Assembly (NCBI GenBank): GCA_964435715.1 | Contig: CAYTAI010000001.1 | Span: forward strand, 48,556-87,499 | DNA from: an uncultured Verrucomicrobiota bacterium | Lineage (GTDB): Bacteria > Verrucomicrobiota > Verrucomicrobiia > JAWXBN01 | Reading direction: 5' to 3' | Length of the DNA: 38,944 nucleotides | Shown: one piece after another, positions 16,525-25,833 of the stretch | How positions within the stretch are numbered: position 1 is the stretch's first letter | How the letters are laid out: every line of letters starts with the position of its first letter | Made by a program: the position numbers and the translations under genes | Notes under the pieces: model-generated | Databases searched by the model: none | What the model saw: only the letters and a program-made list of their open reading frames with translations | What the model was told of the DNA's origin: nothing

Positions 16525-17655
16525 TCAGGCGGTGGCGGGAGTGTTTTCCAGCGCGGCGGTGGCTTCACCCTGAAGAATGGAATCATCGACCCGGTCACCA
16601 TTGCTGCCAGGCAGGGTGGGAATGAAAACATAGTTCGGGTCGGCATTCTGACGAAGCTGGATCGCGACCATTTCTTTCCACGTCGCCCACAGGCCTTTGG
16701 TGGCGGGGGGCAGATCGTGTTCGAGCACTTTGCGGAGCTTGGGCAGATTGTAGAAGGGCACTCCGGGATACATGTGATGCTCGATGTGATACTGCATGTT
16801 CCAATAAAGGAACGCCGGGAGCCAGGAACAGGTGTAGGTGCGGCAGCACAGGCGGAAATCCGGGGTGTTCGGCGAAAGTCCAAAATGCTGGGGAAACCCA
16901 CAGAGGAATCCCAGCCACGCGCAATAAATGGTTCCAAAATTAAAAACGATGATGAGGAACCAATTCCCCGTGGCGATAAAAATCGCCGCCAGCAGCGCGT
17001 GACCGATCAACTGGAACCGTGCCCAGTTCGCATACTCACGCCGGAGTTTTTTGTCCTCCTCGGGCAGAATGAATTGCGCCCAGTCCCCGTCCACGATTCC
17101 GCGGGCGCGCCGGAGTGTGCCCTTGATGACGTAATAGGGGGTTTTAATGTCCATGGCGAGCAGGCTCACCCAAAAACGCCAGTTTCGATAATCAATGTAT
17201 TGGGGCAGGACAACCTCGCCGTCGTAGTCTTTGTGCACGGTGACCTGATGGTGTTTGACGTGGCTCGGGCGGAACCACACCGGGTCGCTCCAGCTGATGA
17301 AGGAATACACCTTCAGAAAAAACTCATTCCAGAATTTCGACTTGAAAGGTGTCTTGTGGCAAAGCTCGTGCACCGGTCCGCCCAGCCCCATGAAGGAACC
17401 GAAAGTGCCGTGGACAAAAAGTGCGAGCAGCAGGAGAGGAACCGCCCACATCCAGTTGGCCGCGGAGATATTCAGGAATGCCGCATAGGCGAGCAGTCCC
17501 GTGGTGATAAAAAGCCCGAGCTGCAAACCCACTTGCACGAAGCCGTGCCAGTTGTCCTGTTTCATGAGTTCGCTCATGACTTTTTTGTCAACCTTGGTGC
17601 GATACCAGTTGATCTTCGCGTTTTTTTGGAATTTGGGTTGTTCGGTGGTTGTCAT
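16525..17655 (-). CDS. Membrane fatty acid desaturase family protein (three His boxes)
   Basis: 376 aa. His boxes HELCH, HVKHH and HIEHHMYPGVPFYNL, with hydrophobic helices between them. Confidence 0.85.
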   Translation of the reverse strand: MTTTEQPKFQKNAKINWYRTKVDKKVMSELMKQDNWHGFVQVGLQLGLFITTGLLAYAAFLNISAANWMWAVPLLLLALFVHGTFGSFMGLGGPVHELCHKTPFKSKFWNEFFLKVYSFISWSDPVWFRPSHVKHHQVTVHKDYDGEVVLPQYIDYRNWRFWVSLLAMDIKTPYYVIKGTLRRARGIVDGDWAQFILPEEDKKLRREYANWARFQLIGHALLAAIFIATGNWFLIIVFNFGTIYCAWLGFLCGFPQHFGLSPNTPDFRLCCRTYTCSWLPAFLYWNMQYHIEHHMYPGVPFYNLPKLRKVLEHDLPPATKGLWATWKEMVAIQLRQNADPNYVFIPTLPGSNGDRVDDSILQGEATAALENTPATA

Positions 17656-17728
17656 AGTTGTGTGTGTTTTGGTGAGAGTGTTATGTCTCGTTTTTATTGA
17701 AAACTGTTGCCTTTCAGGCGGATCAAAA

Positions 17729-18697
17729 TCATTCCACCGCCGAGTGGACGGTGGCTCTTGAATTGGATGCCATCAATGTTTCCTCAAGTTTCTTTTTCTT
17801 TTCTTCGACAGCTTTGCTTGTGCGGAGCCAGACATTTTTGGACTCTTCCTGATAGCCCTTCCATTCGTAAGGGTCGATTCCCGCGACAGGAATGACGCTG
17901 CGGGTGTCGGCATTGGCGGCGGATTCCCCTTCCTTCACACCCCACGGAAGGAGAGACCAGGCATTCATATAATGGCTCACGAGCACGCGCCGATAGATCT
18001 GGCTGCGATTTTTGCGGCTGCGATGAAGGAGGTAACCGTTGAAAAACACGACCGATCCTGCTTTGACCTCGACGGGGATTTCTTTGGACTCATCGAACCC
18101 GTAACTCTCCGGCGCAAAATCGAACTCATCCGGATTGTCATGCGCCCGTTGGGGAAACATGTAACCAGAGCGGTGACTGCCCGGCACCACCCACAGGCAG
18201 CCATTGTCGATGGTGGCGTCGTCGATCGCGATCCAAGCCCCGCAGAGTGAGCGGTCACGGGTGGGAATATACACTTCGTCCTGATGCCAAGCCTGACCTT
18301 GGAATCCAGGGGGTTTGACAAAAAGCATGGACTGCATGCATTTGACGCTGCCGTCCCAGTGCGGGAGATGCGCCCCGACGATCTGGCTCAAAATCCCGCA
18401 GACCATCGGATGACAGGCGTATTTGCGCATCACATCACTGATGTAATGCGGTTGATGAATGCACAAAATACTCTCCAACGCGTCTTGGTCTGTGAAACTC
18501 TCCGGAAGCGGCTTGAGATTTTCGCAGGGATATTCCCCTCGCGCGATTTTCACCGTGTCTTTTTTGAGTTCGTCCAGTTCCGCCGGAGAAATGACCCCGG
18601 GCATGATGAGATAACCCTCATCCACAAAAAATTTGATTTGTTCCGCGCTCAAGGGTTTGGGCACGTCAATTCGATTTGAGGGATTTTCCAGAGTCAT
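17729..18697 (-). CDS. Phytanoyl-CoA dioxygenase (PhyH) family Fe(II)/2-oxoglutarate oxygenase
   Basis: 322 aa. FVDEGYLIMPGV N-terminus, WHQDEVYIP (HxD facial triad), a later H in VVFFNGYLLHRS and a following R. Confidence 0.8.
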   Translation of the reverse strand: MTLENPSNRIDVPKPLSAEQIKFFVDEGYLIMPGVISPAELDELKKDTVKIARGEYPCENLKPLPESFTDQDALESILCIHQPHYISDVMRKYACHPMVCGILSQIVGAHLPHWDGSVKCMQSMLFVKPPGFQGQAWHQDEVYIPTRDRSLCGAWIAIDDATIDNGCLWVVPGSHRSGYMFPQRAHDNPDEFDFAPESYGFDESKEIPVEVKAGSVVFFNGYLLHRSRKNRSQIYRRVLVSHYMNAWSLLPWGVKEGESAANADTRSVIPVAGIDPYEWKGYQEESKNVWLRTSKAVEEKKKKLEETLMASNSRATVHSAVE

Positions 18698-18785
18698 AAT
18701 TATTTTTTAAGGGTGATATAAGATATAATCAGATTTGCATTTTGAAATAGCCATTTTCTTCAAAAAAATATATAAAAGTATCATC

Positions 18786-19685
18786 ATGGCATCCCAAAAA
18801 CATATCCAAACGCTTCGGAATGAAGGTCTCGAAGTCAATGGAGGCGGCATCGCCCTCTACCAGCCGGGCGATGTCTTCGGCCCGCACGAATTTCGTTTTC
18901 ATGAATTTGTCTGGATTATGGAAGGCGATGTGGAGTGGGAAGTCGATGGACAAAAGCAAAAAACACCACCGGGGAGCCTGTGCCTGATGACTCCGGGAAC
19001 GGTGCAGACTTTTTTCTGGGACAAAAATCACCCGAGCCGACATGCCTACTTTCTGTTTTCATTCGGGAAGAACCGCGAGCGTTATCCATCGGACAAATTG
19101 CTCCCGCGCTCGCGCATGATGGGAGACGACGACATTTACCAGCCGCTTTTCCGCCATATCCTTTGGCTGTTGGGATCGGGGCACCAGAATTCGCCCCAGA
19201 TGACAGCGGCGGTGCATTGTCTCTTGGAGACATTCATCTCCGGTGACGCAAATGCGGCGGAGGATGTGGGGGAACGTTACCCGGAGGCGATTCTTTTGGC
19301 ATTGCGATTCGCCCGCCGCAAATGGGATGAGGGAACCCTGCATTTGCCGTCCCTGGATGAGCTGGCCCGTCATGCGGGTGTGTCACGGGCGCAACTCTAC
19401 CGGCATTTCATGTCGAGCTTTGGCATGGGACCGCTCACGGCGATTCGATTTGTCCGGTTGGAGGAGGCATCCCTGCGACTGGCAAGGAATGCGGGCAATA
19501 TCAAACAAATTGCCGAAGCGACTGGATTCTCCAGCGCCTACCATTTCTCGAAGGTCTTTAAGGATGCCTACGGGATTTCACCCAAGGAATTCCGCATTCG
19601 GGTTCAATCCGGTCGCGCAATACGCCCGCTACCAAAGCTCCTTCAGGTTCGTCAGATCAAACGCATGATCATGGAGGCGGCTTAA
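18786..19685 (+). CDS. AraC family transcriptional regulator (cupin-like N-terminal domain + HTH)
   Basis: I chose the ATG at 18786. C-terminal AraC HTH (LDELARHAGVSRAQLYRHF...IKQIAEATGFSSAYHFSKVFKDAYGISPKEFR). Divergent from the PhyH gene. Confidence 0.85.
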   Translation: MASQKHIQTLRNEGLEVNGGGIALYQPGDVFGPHEFRFHEFVWIMEGDVEWEVDGQKQKTPPGSLCLMTPGTVQTFFWDKNHPSRHAYFLFSFGKNRERYPSDKLLPRSRMMGDDDIYQPLFRHILWLLGSGHQNSPQMTAAVHCLLETFISGDANAAEDVGERYPEAILLALRFARRKWDEGTLHLPSLDELARHAGVSRAQLYRHFMSSFGMGPLTAIRFVRLEEASLRLARNAGNIKQIAEATGFSSAYHFSKVFKDAYGISPKEFRIRVQSGRAIRPLPKLLQVRQIKRMIMEAA

Positions 19686-21178
19686 ACCTCCCGGACCACG
19701 CGCTCCGCCTTGGACACTTTTTTGAACCGGTCCAGCGCGATTTGCCTCTCGCGGTCATGCTCGACGATTGGAGCGGGATAATCACGGCCCACCACGCAAT
19801 TTGCCGCAGCGGCTTCCAGCGGCGGGGTGTCCCACGGACAATGAATATGTTTGTCGGGCAATTTGCGCAGCTCGGGACAGTATTGCCGGACAAATTGCCC
19901 ATCGGGATCCCAGGTTTGCCCTTGGGACACGGGGTTAAAAATCCGGAAATACGGCTGTCCATCGGCCCCGGTGCTCGCGCTCCACTGCCACCCTCCGAGA
20001 TTTTGGCTCAAGTCGTAATCGAGCAATTTCCGCGCAAAATAGCGTTCCCCGGCCTTCCAATGAATGTGCAGGTCTTTGGTCAGGAAACTCGCCACAATCA
20101 TGCGGAGCCGATTGTGCATGTAGCCGGTCTGGTTGAGCTGGCGCATGGCGGCGTCCACGATGGGGTAACCCGTCTGGCCCTCGCACCATGCGGCAAACCT
20201 CTGCGCCGCCACCTCATCCCGCCCGGGATCGTCCCATTCGACGGACTCGAATTCCTCTCGGAAAGCGCGGGTTTGCGTGCGCGGAAAAAAGTGCAGCACG
20301 GCGTTGTAAAACTCCCGCCAGACGAGTTCATCCGCCCACTTGCGCGCCCCGGCGGAGTTCCGCGCGAGCGCGGCAGTGAAAAGTTCCCGAATCGACAATG
20401 TGCCGAAGCGCAGATGAACGGACAAATGGCTCACGCCGTTTTTGGCGGGCCAATTCCGCAATTCCCCATAGCCGTCAATGCGCTGGAAAAACTCATCGCG
20501 CAATTTGCGTGCGGTGCTGGCGCCGCCGGGGTAGAGCAATTTGCACGGCTCGAACCCGATGTCCCGCACGCTGCCGAAAGGGTCGCTGGGCGGGAGCAAT
20601 TTGCGCGGGGCCAGTTGCGCGGCGTATTTGTCCACAGTGGGGTAGGGCTTCAGGAAAAAGGATTTGTTCTCGCCGAGTTTCGCATACCAGGCATTTTTAT
20701 AGGGCGTGTAAACCCGCTGCGGAGTCCCCGCCTTTGTCAGCACCTCGTCCTTCTCGAAAATGACATGGTCTTTGCAGGTGTGGAATTCGATTCCTCGTTC
20801 CGCGCAAATAGCGTGAATGACGCGGTCACGCTCAATGCGGCGGGGTTCGTAATCATGCCCGGCATGGACGGAGAGCAATTTTCCCTGCCGCGCAATTTGC
20901 TCCAGCAACTCCGGAAAAACCTCGTTGACCGCGCCGTAACGCACGACCAGTCCGCTGCCCAGCGCCTTGAATTCATCCTCCATTTCCTGCACGGACTGGC
21001 GGATGAACTCCACCCTCCGGTCGTCGCGGTCATGCAATTTGTCCAGAATCTCGCGGTCGAAACAAAAGAAGCCCAGGCAATTTGCGCCGGAGCGCGCCGC
21101 CCCGCGCAGGGCATGGTAAAACGCGGCATTGTCATGCAGGCGCAAATCGCGCCGGAACCAACACAGGGTGAAATTCAT
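19682..21178 (-). CDS. Deoxyribodipyrimidine photolyase / cryptochrome family protein
   Basis: 498 aa. N-terminal WFRRDLRLHDNAAF and a FAD-binding C-terminal domain (WREFY, GYMHNRLRMIVASFL, DYDLSQNLGGWQW). Its stop overlaps the convergent AraC stop. Confidence 0.9.
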   Translation of the reverse strand: MNFTLCWFRRDLRLHDNAAFYHALRGAARSGANCLGFFCFDREILDKLHDRDDRRVEFIRQSVQEMEDEFKALGSGLVVRYGAVNEVFPELLEQIARQGKLLSVHAGHDYEPRRIERDRVIHAICAERGIEFHTCKDHVIFEKDEVLTKAGTPQRVYTPYKNAWYAKLGENKSFFLKPYPTVDKYAAQLAPRKLLPPSDPFGSVRDIGFEPCKLLYPGGASTARKLRDEFFQRIDGYGELRNWPAKNGVSHLSVHLRFGTLSIRELFTAALARNSAGARKWADELVWREFYNAVLHFFPRTQTRAFREEFESVEWDDPGRDEVAAQRFAAWCEGQTGYPIVDAAMRQLNQTGYMHNRLRMIVASFLTKDLHIHWKAGERYFARKLLDYDLSQNLGGWQWSASTGADGQPYFRIFNPVSQGQTWDPDGQFVRQYCPELRKLPDKHIHCPWDTPPLEAAAANCVVGRDYPAPIVEHDRERQIALDRFKKVSKAERVVREV

Positions 21179-21205
21179 ACGGACTCTTATGCTAACGCCA
21201 TGTGT

Positions 21206-22927
21206 CTATTTTTGCAAATGACTCGCGGGCAAATAGTATTCATCCCGGATTTTGAAGATGAGAATGTCCGGGGCGGGGGACTCCGTGACCTTTTCATACC
21301 ACGGGCTGTGATTCATCGCCTCCAGCAGTGCCGGACTGATGAGATTTAATCCTCTGGGTAAACCATCTGGAATGGATTCGGCAGGAACTGTGATGAAATA
21401 GACTGGGCGTTTGGCTTTAATCTCGCCGACCAATTTGCGCAAATCAGATTCCCCGAAATTATAGGAAAAGATTTGGGTGTCTTGATTACGAACCGTTTTA
21501 TTTTTCATCATGTAATAGGACAAGGTGTTCCGGCTCAGGGTGGGAACGGAACATCCCGCCATGATCCAGCGATTCGCGCTCTCGGGGCGTGCAGCGGTTT
21601 GTTCAATCGTCTCAGTGATTTGCCGAGAGCGTGTGTCGTCCCGGTCGAGTCGCCAGAGGTATTCGGAGAGCCCCGGAGAGTTGGGTAAAAATCCGAGAGC
21701 ATGGGCGTGGACAAAAATGTATTGAAAAGAAAAGAGGGTGAAGACGCAAATAATGAGGACGCGGTTATTGAGCAGGGAGAGGATGCCTGCGAGGAAAAAG
21801 ACAAAAAATGGCAGGAGAGGAGTCAGGAATCGGCTTATCTCATTGGCTTGTGAGGAATGAATGATTAAAGCCAAGAGAAAAGAGGCGGTGCAAACTAGAC
21901 AGAGTGGAAGTCCGGGCAAATTGTGGGAAATTTTTTGTCTCGCCGTTTTTTTCCTAAAAAATTCGCGGACACTTTTCCATTGGAGAAACGCAAAAATAAG
22001 AATGAGCAGGAAAACAGCAAGAAAGGCGGAGGCAGTAAAATAACTTTCTATGATTGAGCTGAGCCAGAATTTTATTTTTTCCGAAAAAGGAGATGCGGAA
22101 CCGTAGATCGCACCGGATTGGCTCTGAGCATTGATTTTGATGAAAAGCCAGAGCAAATCAAAATTTTTGACAAGCCACATCAAAGCGGCTATTCCTCCGA
22201 AAATCGTGAATCCCATCGCGGCAAGATCGATCCGGCGCAATTTGCCCCGCGACCATTGATCAGGATTTTTATGGAGCCGCCGGACGGTATGGATTGCGAT
22301 GTATGAGACGGGAATCAAGGCGTAAAGCGGAAAAGTCACTTTCATCAGGCATCCCCAGATAAAGGCAGCGGCCGTGTGCCAGAAGATTGCGCGGAGCGGC
22401 CATTGATCGAGTCTGCTGATGATCAAGAGCAACCAGCAAATGGCCATCATTTGAGGGGCTTCGACCAGGAATTGCTGATTCATGCCGGAAAAAAGCGGAG
22501 CAGCCGCGAGAGCCAGTGGACAAAACCAGGCGAGTCCATTTTTCCCTGGAAAAACTGAGCGTGCCGTCAAAAAAACCAGAATCAGTGAGAGAATCGAAAT
22601 CAGGACGATCAAGGTTAAAAAAATGCTGTCGTGAAATCCGGACAAATCCCCAAGAGGTGTGGCAAATTGCGCGAGCCAGGGCAGTCCGGGGGTTTTGAGC
22701 CGGAGCGTGAGCATCATGGCATCCCACCAGTCCAATGGATTGATTGTTAAATATTTCCAAAGCCAGACCGAGTAATATCCGTATTCCGCCTGATCCCAAG
22801 GCCAGACACGTTTATCGAGCCAGACCCAGAGCAGGGATGGAAGCATCAGTCCGATACAAAAAAACGCCCCGGCTTTTTCCTTGGATAATACGCGGGAAAG
22901 AAAGGGCGAAGTAATCATTTTTTTCAA
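21206..22927 (-). CDS. Polytopic membrane protein, putative GT-C type glycosyltransferase (ArnT/PMT-like)
   Basis: 573 aa with more than 10 hydrophobic helices. An acidic first-loop segment (LDKRVWPWDQAEYG) and a soluble C-terminal domain give a GT-C-like architecture. TTG at 22927 or ATG at 22918 as the start. Confidence 0.5.
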   Translation of the reverse strand: MKKMITSPFLSRVLSKEKAGAFFCIGLMLPSLLWVWLDKRVWPWDQAEYGYYSVWLWKYLTINPLDWWDAMMLTLRLKTPGLPWLAQFATPLGDLSGFHDSIFLTLIVLISILSLILVFLTARSVFPGKNGLAWFCPLALAAAPLFSGMNQQFLVEAPQMMAICWLLLIISRLDQWPLRAIFWHTAAAFIWGCLMKVTFPLYALIPVSYIAIHTVRRLHKNPDQWSRGKLRRIDLAAMGFTIFGGIAALMWLVKNFDLLWLFIKINAQSQSGAIYGSASPFSEKIKFWLSSIIESYFTASAFLAVFLLILIFAFLQWKSVREFFRKKTARQKISHNLPGLPLCLVCTASFLLALIIHSSQANEISRFLTPLLPFFVFFLAGILSLLNNRVLIICVFTLFSFQYIFVHAHALGFLPNSPGLSEYLWRLDRDDTRSRQITETIEQTAARPESANRWIMAGCSVPTLSRNTLSYYMMKNKTVRNQDTQIFSYNFGESDLRKLVGEIKAKRPVYFITVPAESIPDGLPRGLNLISPALLEAMNHSPWYEKVTESPAPDILIFKIRDEYYLPASHLQK

Positions 22928-22933
22928 AATGCC

Positions 22934-24820
22934 TTAAGTATATCCGATGAATGAAGAATACACTTTGGGCGGGATATCGAGGAGTTTGTAATCTGTCGAG
23001 GAGACGAACATCAGGACTTGCTCGCCCTTGCCGATGGTGTTGCCTTGTTCATCGAGAATCTGGTGCTCCATCGTGACAAATTTCCGGTTGAATCCGGAGA
23101 CCCGGATTTTGACAAAAACTTTCATGAATTCATTCGTCTCCCGGACGAACTTGTGTTTGAACTCACGGGTCAAAATGTAAAAGTCCGTTGTCTTGATATC
23201 GAAATCCGGCATGGCGTGGGCAAAGAAAAGCTCCCGGGTCTTGCCCACCCAGATGGCGTAGTAGGCAAAGTAGACATTGCCCACAGAATTCGTGTCCGAG
23301 TAAGTGGTGGTGAATGTGTAGCAGAACCATTTCCCGTCGAAGAATGTCGATGAGCCCGGGGTGCCGACAGGAGTGACTTCACCCGTGTTGACCGGTGCGG
23401 AGGGAGTCAGGGTCTGGGTGGCGAGGGTGGCGACTTCTTTCGAGACATTCTCGCGGAACTCGACGAGTTTGTCTTTCATTTCATCGAGGGGGATCATCCG
23501 GTTTTTCACCACCAGAATCAATGCCACTGCCAAAGGCAGAGCCGCCCCGACAATCATCAGCCAAGCATGCCTCTGGCCGCTAAAGTATCCGAGGGCAAAA
23601 ACGGCAATCGAGATCAATCCCACGGAGATCAGCGGCATCAACGGGGATTTTGAATAATGACAATTTCCATAGCTGTCCGCAAAAAAGACGACGGCAAACC
23701 CGACAAAAAAAGTCGCGTAGAGCACCATGAAATATTCCAGGCTGAAGGGGGGGATGTCAGGCAGGAGATTCGGTGCGACTGCGGTGGTGACCCCGGCGAT
23801 TCCGGCGACCAGAGCGAGGGGAATGGGGGAGATAAAAAGATTTTTCGGCAGGAAATTCAAAAGGATATTCTGGCTGGTCTTTATATTCTCGGACAAATAC
23901 CATTTAGTCGCTAGATAAGCACTGTCCAGGGTCGAGATAATCGCCAGAGCGATGAATCCAAGATAACACCACAGCCCGAAGGCGAGAATGCCCTGGGAGT
24001 TGTGCACAAAATAATTTGTAATCACGGCTTTTCCGTCAATGATTTCACCGGATAATGGCGGGGAAAAGGAGAGTCCGAGCTGGGCTTTGACCCAGAGAGC
24101 GAGAAGACCGTGCAAGACGATCAGCCCGAAAAAGATGATTCCCCCGCCGATGTAACATTTGAATATGGAGCCGCCTTCGCGGTGAATCTGGATCGCCCGT
24201 TGCCATTGCTGGATATCCATCCACGGCCCGGCGATCAATCCGATGATGATCGGGATCAGGTAACTGACAAAGAAAAACGAGCCCACAGGCTTGAGACCCT
24301 CGGAAAATCCCGGATCGCGAAAAGACGCTGACTCGGGCATGACACGGAAAAAGTAGATGGCTCCCAGCAAAAGGATGATCACCAGCAAATAGATGCCGTG
24401 AATGTATTTCAGACCGGAGATATTGAACTCATCACCGACCCAGAGCGCGATGCCCAGGAAAAGGATGGCGACCACGATCAAGGACAGTTGCACCGGCAAA
24501 ATCGCATATTTGAGCAGGGCAAAAACGCAGAGGGCGACTGCGACGACTTGATAAAAAAGAAAGATGCCCCGGAATTTTTTCGATTGGGAAATAAAATGAT
24601 CATTCAATTTTGCGGTGGAACCCTCCCGTTTGGCAATGCGCTGGGTGTAATACCCGAAAAGGATCAGTCCCAGTGAATTGGGAATGACAAAGCCCAGCAA
24701 TCCCCAGAGCCCGAAAAGGATGCTGATTTGCACCGAAAAGAAGAGTCCCAATCCCCACAACCAGGACAAGGCAATCGATGACGACCATAAAAATCCATTA
24801 AAACGATTCATAAACTCCAT
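22934..24820 (-). CDS. Fusion protein: multi-pass transporter-like membrane domain plus C-terminal 4HBT hotdog thioesterase domain
   Basis: 628 aa. About 470 aa of TM helices contain GPWMDIQQWQRA, reminiscent of the solute:sodium symporter DQxxxQR motif. The last ~140 aa carry the hotdog thioesterase pattern YSDTNSVGNVYFAYYAIWVGKTRELFF. Confidence 0.6.
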   Translation of the reverse strand: MEFMNRFNGFLWSSSIALSWLWGLGLFFSVQISILFGLWGLLGFVIPNSLGLILFGYYTQRIAKREGSTAKLNDHFISQSKKFRGIFLFYQVVAVALCVFALLKYAILPVQLSLIVVAILFLGIALWVGDEFNISGLKYIHGIYLLVIILLLGAIYFFRVMPESASFRDPGFSEGLKPVGSFFFVSYLIPIIIGLIAGPWMDIQQWQRAIQIHREGGSIFKCYIGGGIIFFGLIVLHGLLALWVKAQLGLSFSPPLSGEIIDGKAVITNYFVHNSQGILAFGLWCYLGFIALAIISTLDSAYLATKWYLSENIKTSQNILLNFLPKNLFISPIPLALVAGIAGVTTAVAPNLLPDIPPFSLEYFMVLYATFFVGFAVVFFADSYGNCHYSKSPLMPLISVGLISIAVFALGYFSGQRHAWLMIVGAALPLAVALILVVKNRMIPLDEMKDKLVEFRENVSKEVATLATQTLTPSAPVNTGEVTPVGTPGSSTFFDGKWFCYTFTTTYSDTNSVGNVYFAYYAIWVGKTRELFFAHAMPDFDIKTTDFYILTREFKHKFVRETNEFMKVFVKIRVSGFNRKFVTMEHQILDEQGNTIGKGEQVLMFVSSTDYKLLDIPPKVYSSFIGYT

Positions 24821-24893
24821 GCATCATTCCCAACCCTTGATTTTCTGTCAACATGCTTTCCATCTCGCGCGCAATTTGCTTTGATCAGGATTG

Positions 24894-25823
24894 ATGAAAG
24901 CCGAGAGCAAAATTTTTGTCGCCGGGCATAAAGGCTTGGTCGGGAGCGCGCTGGTGCGCGTGCTCAAATCCTCGGGCTGCAGCAACTTGCTCCTGCGGGA
25001 CCGGAGCCAGCTTGATTTGTTGGATCAAAGGGCGGTTCTTTCTTTTTTTGAGAAGGAAAAACCTTCCTGCGTTTTTCTGGCCGCCGCCAAAGTCGGGGGC
25101 ATCCATGCCAATAGCACTTACCCAGCGGATTTCATTTACCAGAATCTCCAAGTCCAGTGCAATGTCATTGAGTCCGCCCGCCAAGTCGGCGTGGACAAAT
25201 TGCTTTTTCTGGGAAGCTCATGCATCTACCCGCGCAATCCCGGGATTCCCATCAGGGAAGAGGAGCTGCTTGCCGGACCATTGGAACCGACCAATCAATG
25301 GTATGCCGTGGCCAAAATCGCGGGTCTGAAAATGTGCCAGGCGTACTGGCAACAGTATGGATGCAAGTTCCTGAGTGTGATGCCCACCAATCTCTATGGA
25401 CCGGCGGACAACTATGATTTGCAGAATTCCCATGTGCTCCCCGCCATGATTCGCCGTTTTCATGAGGCGAAAGTTTCCGGAAAAGATGTGGTTGTCCTGT
25501 GGGGCAGCGGTTCGCCGAAACGGGAATTCCTATACAGCGAGGACCTTGCCCGCGCTTGCTTGACGGTGATGGACAAACATGATTCACCGGAGATTGTGAA
25601 TATCGGGTGTGGCGAGGATATGACCATCAAAGAGCTGGCGGAAACCGTGTCCTCCGTGGTCGGTTTCTCCGGTCGCTTGGAATGGGACGCATCAAAACCC
25701 GACGGCACCCCGCGCAAATTGCTCGATAGCTCGAAAATCTTTTCCCTCGGCTGGAAGCCGCAAGTCTCCCTGCGTGACGGCATCGCACTGGCCTATGAGG
25801 ATTTCTTAAAAAATGTCCATTAG
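24894..25823 (+). CDS. fcl: GDP-L-fucose synthase
   Basis: About 309 aa. KIFVAGHKGLVGSA Rossmann motif, AAKVGGI, YPADFIYQNL, SSCIYP, YAVAKIAG and a WKP...L..G C-terminus, the typical Fcl/WcaG pattern. Confidence 0.9.
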   Translation: MKAESKIFVAGHKGLVGSALVRVLKSSGCSNLLLRDRSQLDLLDQRAVLSFFEKEKPSCVFLAAAKVGGIHANSTYPADFIYQNLQVQCNVIESARQVGVDKLLFLGSSCIYPRNPGIPIREEELLAGPLEPTNQWYAVAKIAGLKMCQAYWQQYGCKFLSVMPTNLYGPADNYDLQNSHVLPAMIRRFHEAKVSGKDVVVLWGSGSPKREFLYSEDLARACLTVMDKHDSPEIVNIGCGEDMTIKELAETVSSVVGFSGRLEWDASKPDGTPRKLLDSSKIFSLGWKPQVSLRDGIALAYEDFLKNVH

Positions 25824-25833
25824 GAAGCTCTCG

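Noticed and set aside
19742-21349. A 535-aa ORF on the + strand
   Set aside because: It is antisense to the clearly recognisable photolyase gene, and its sequence has no domain signatures.
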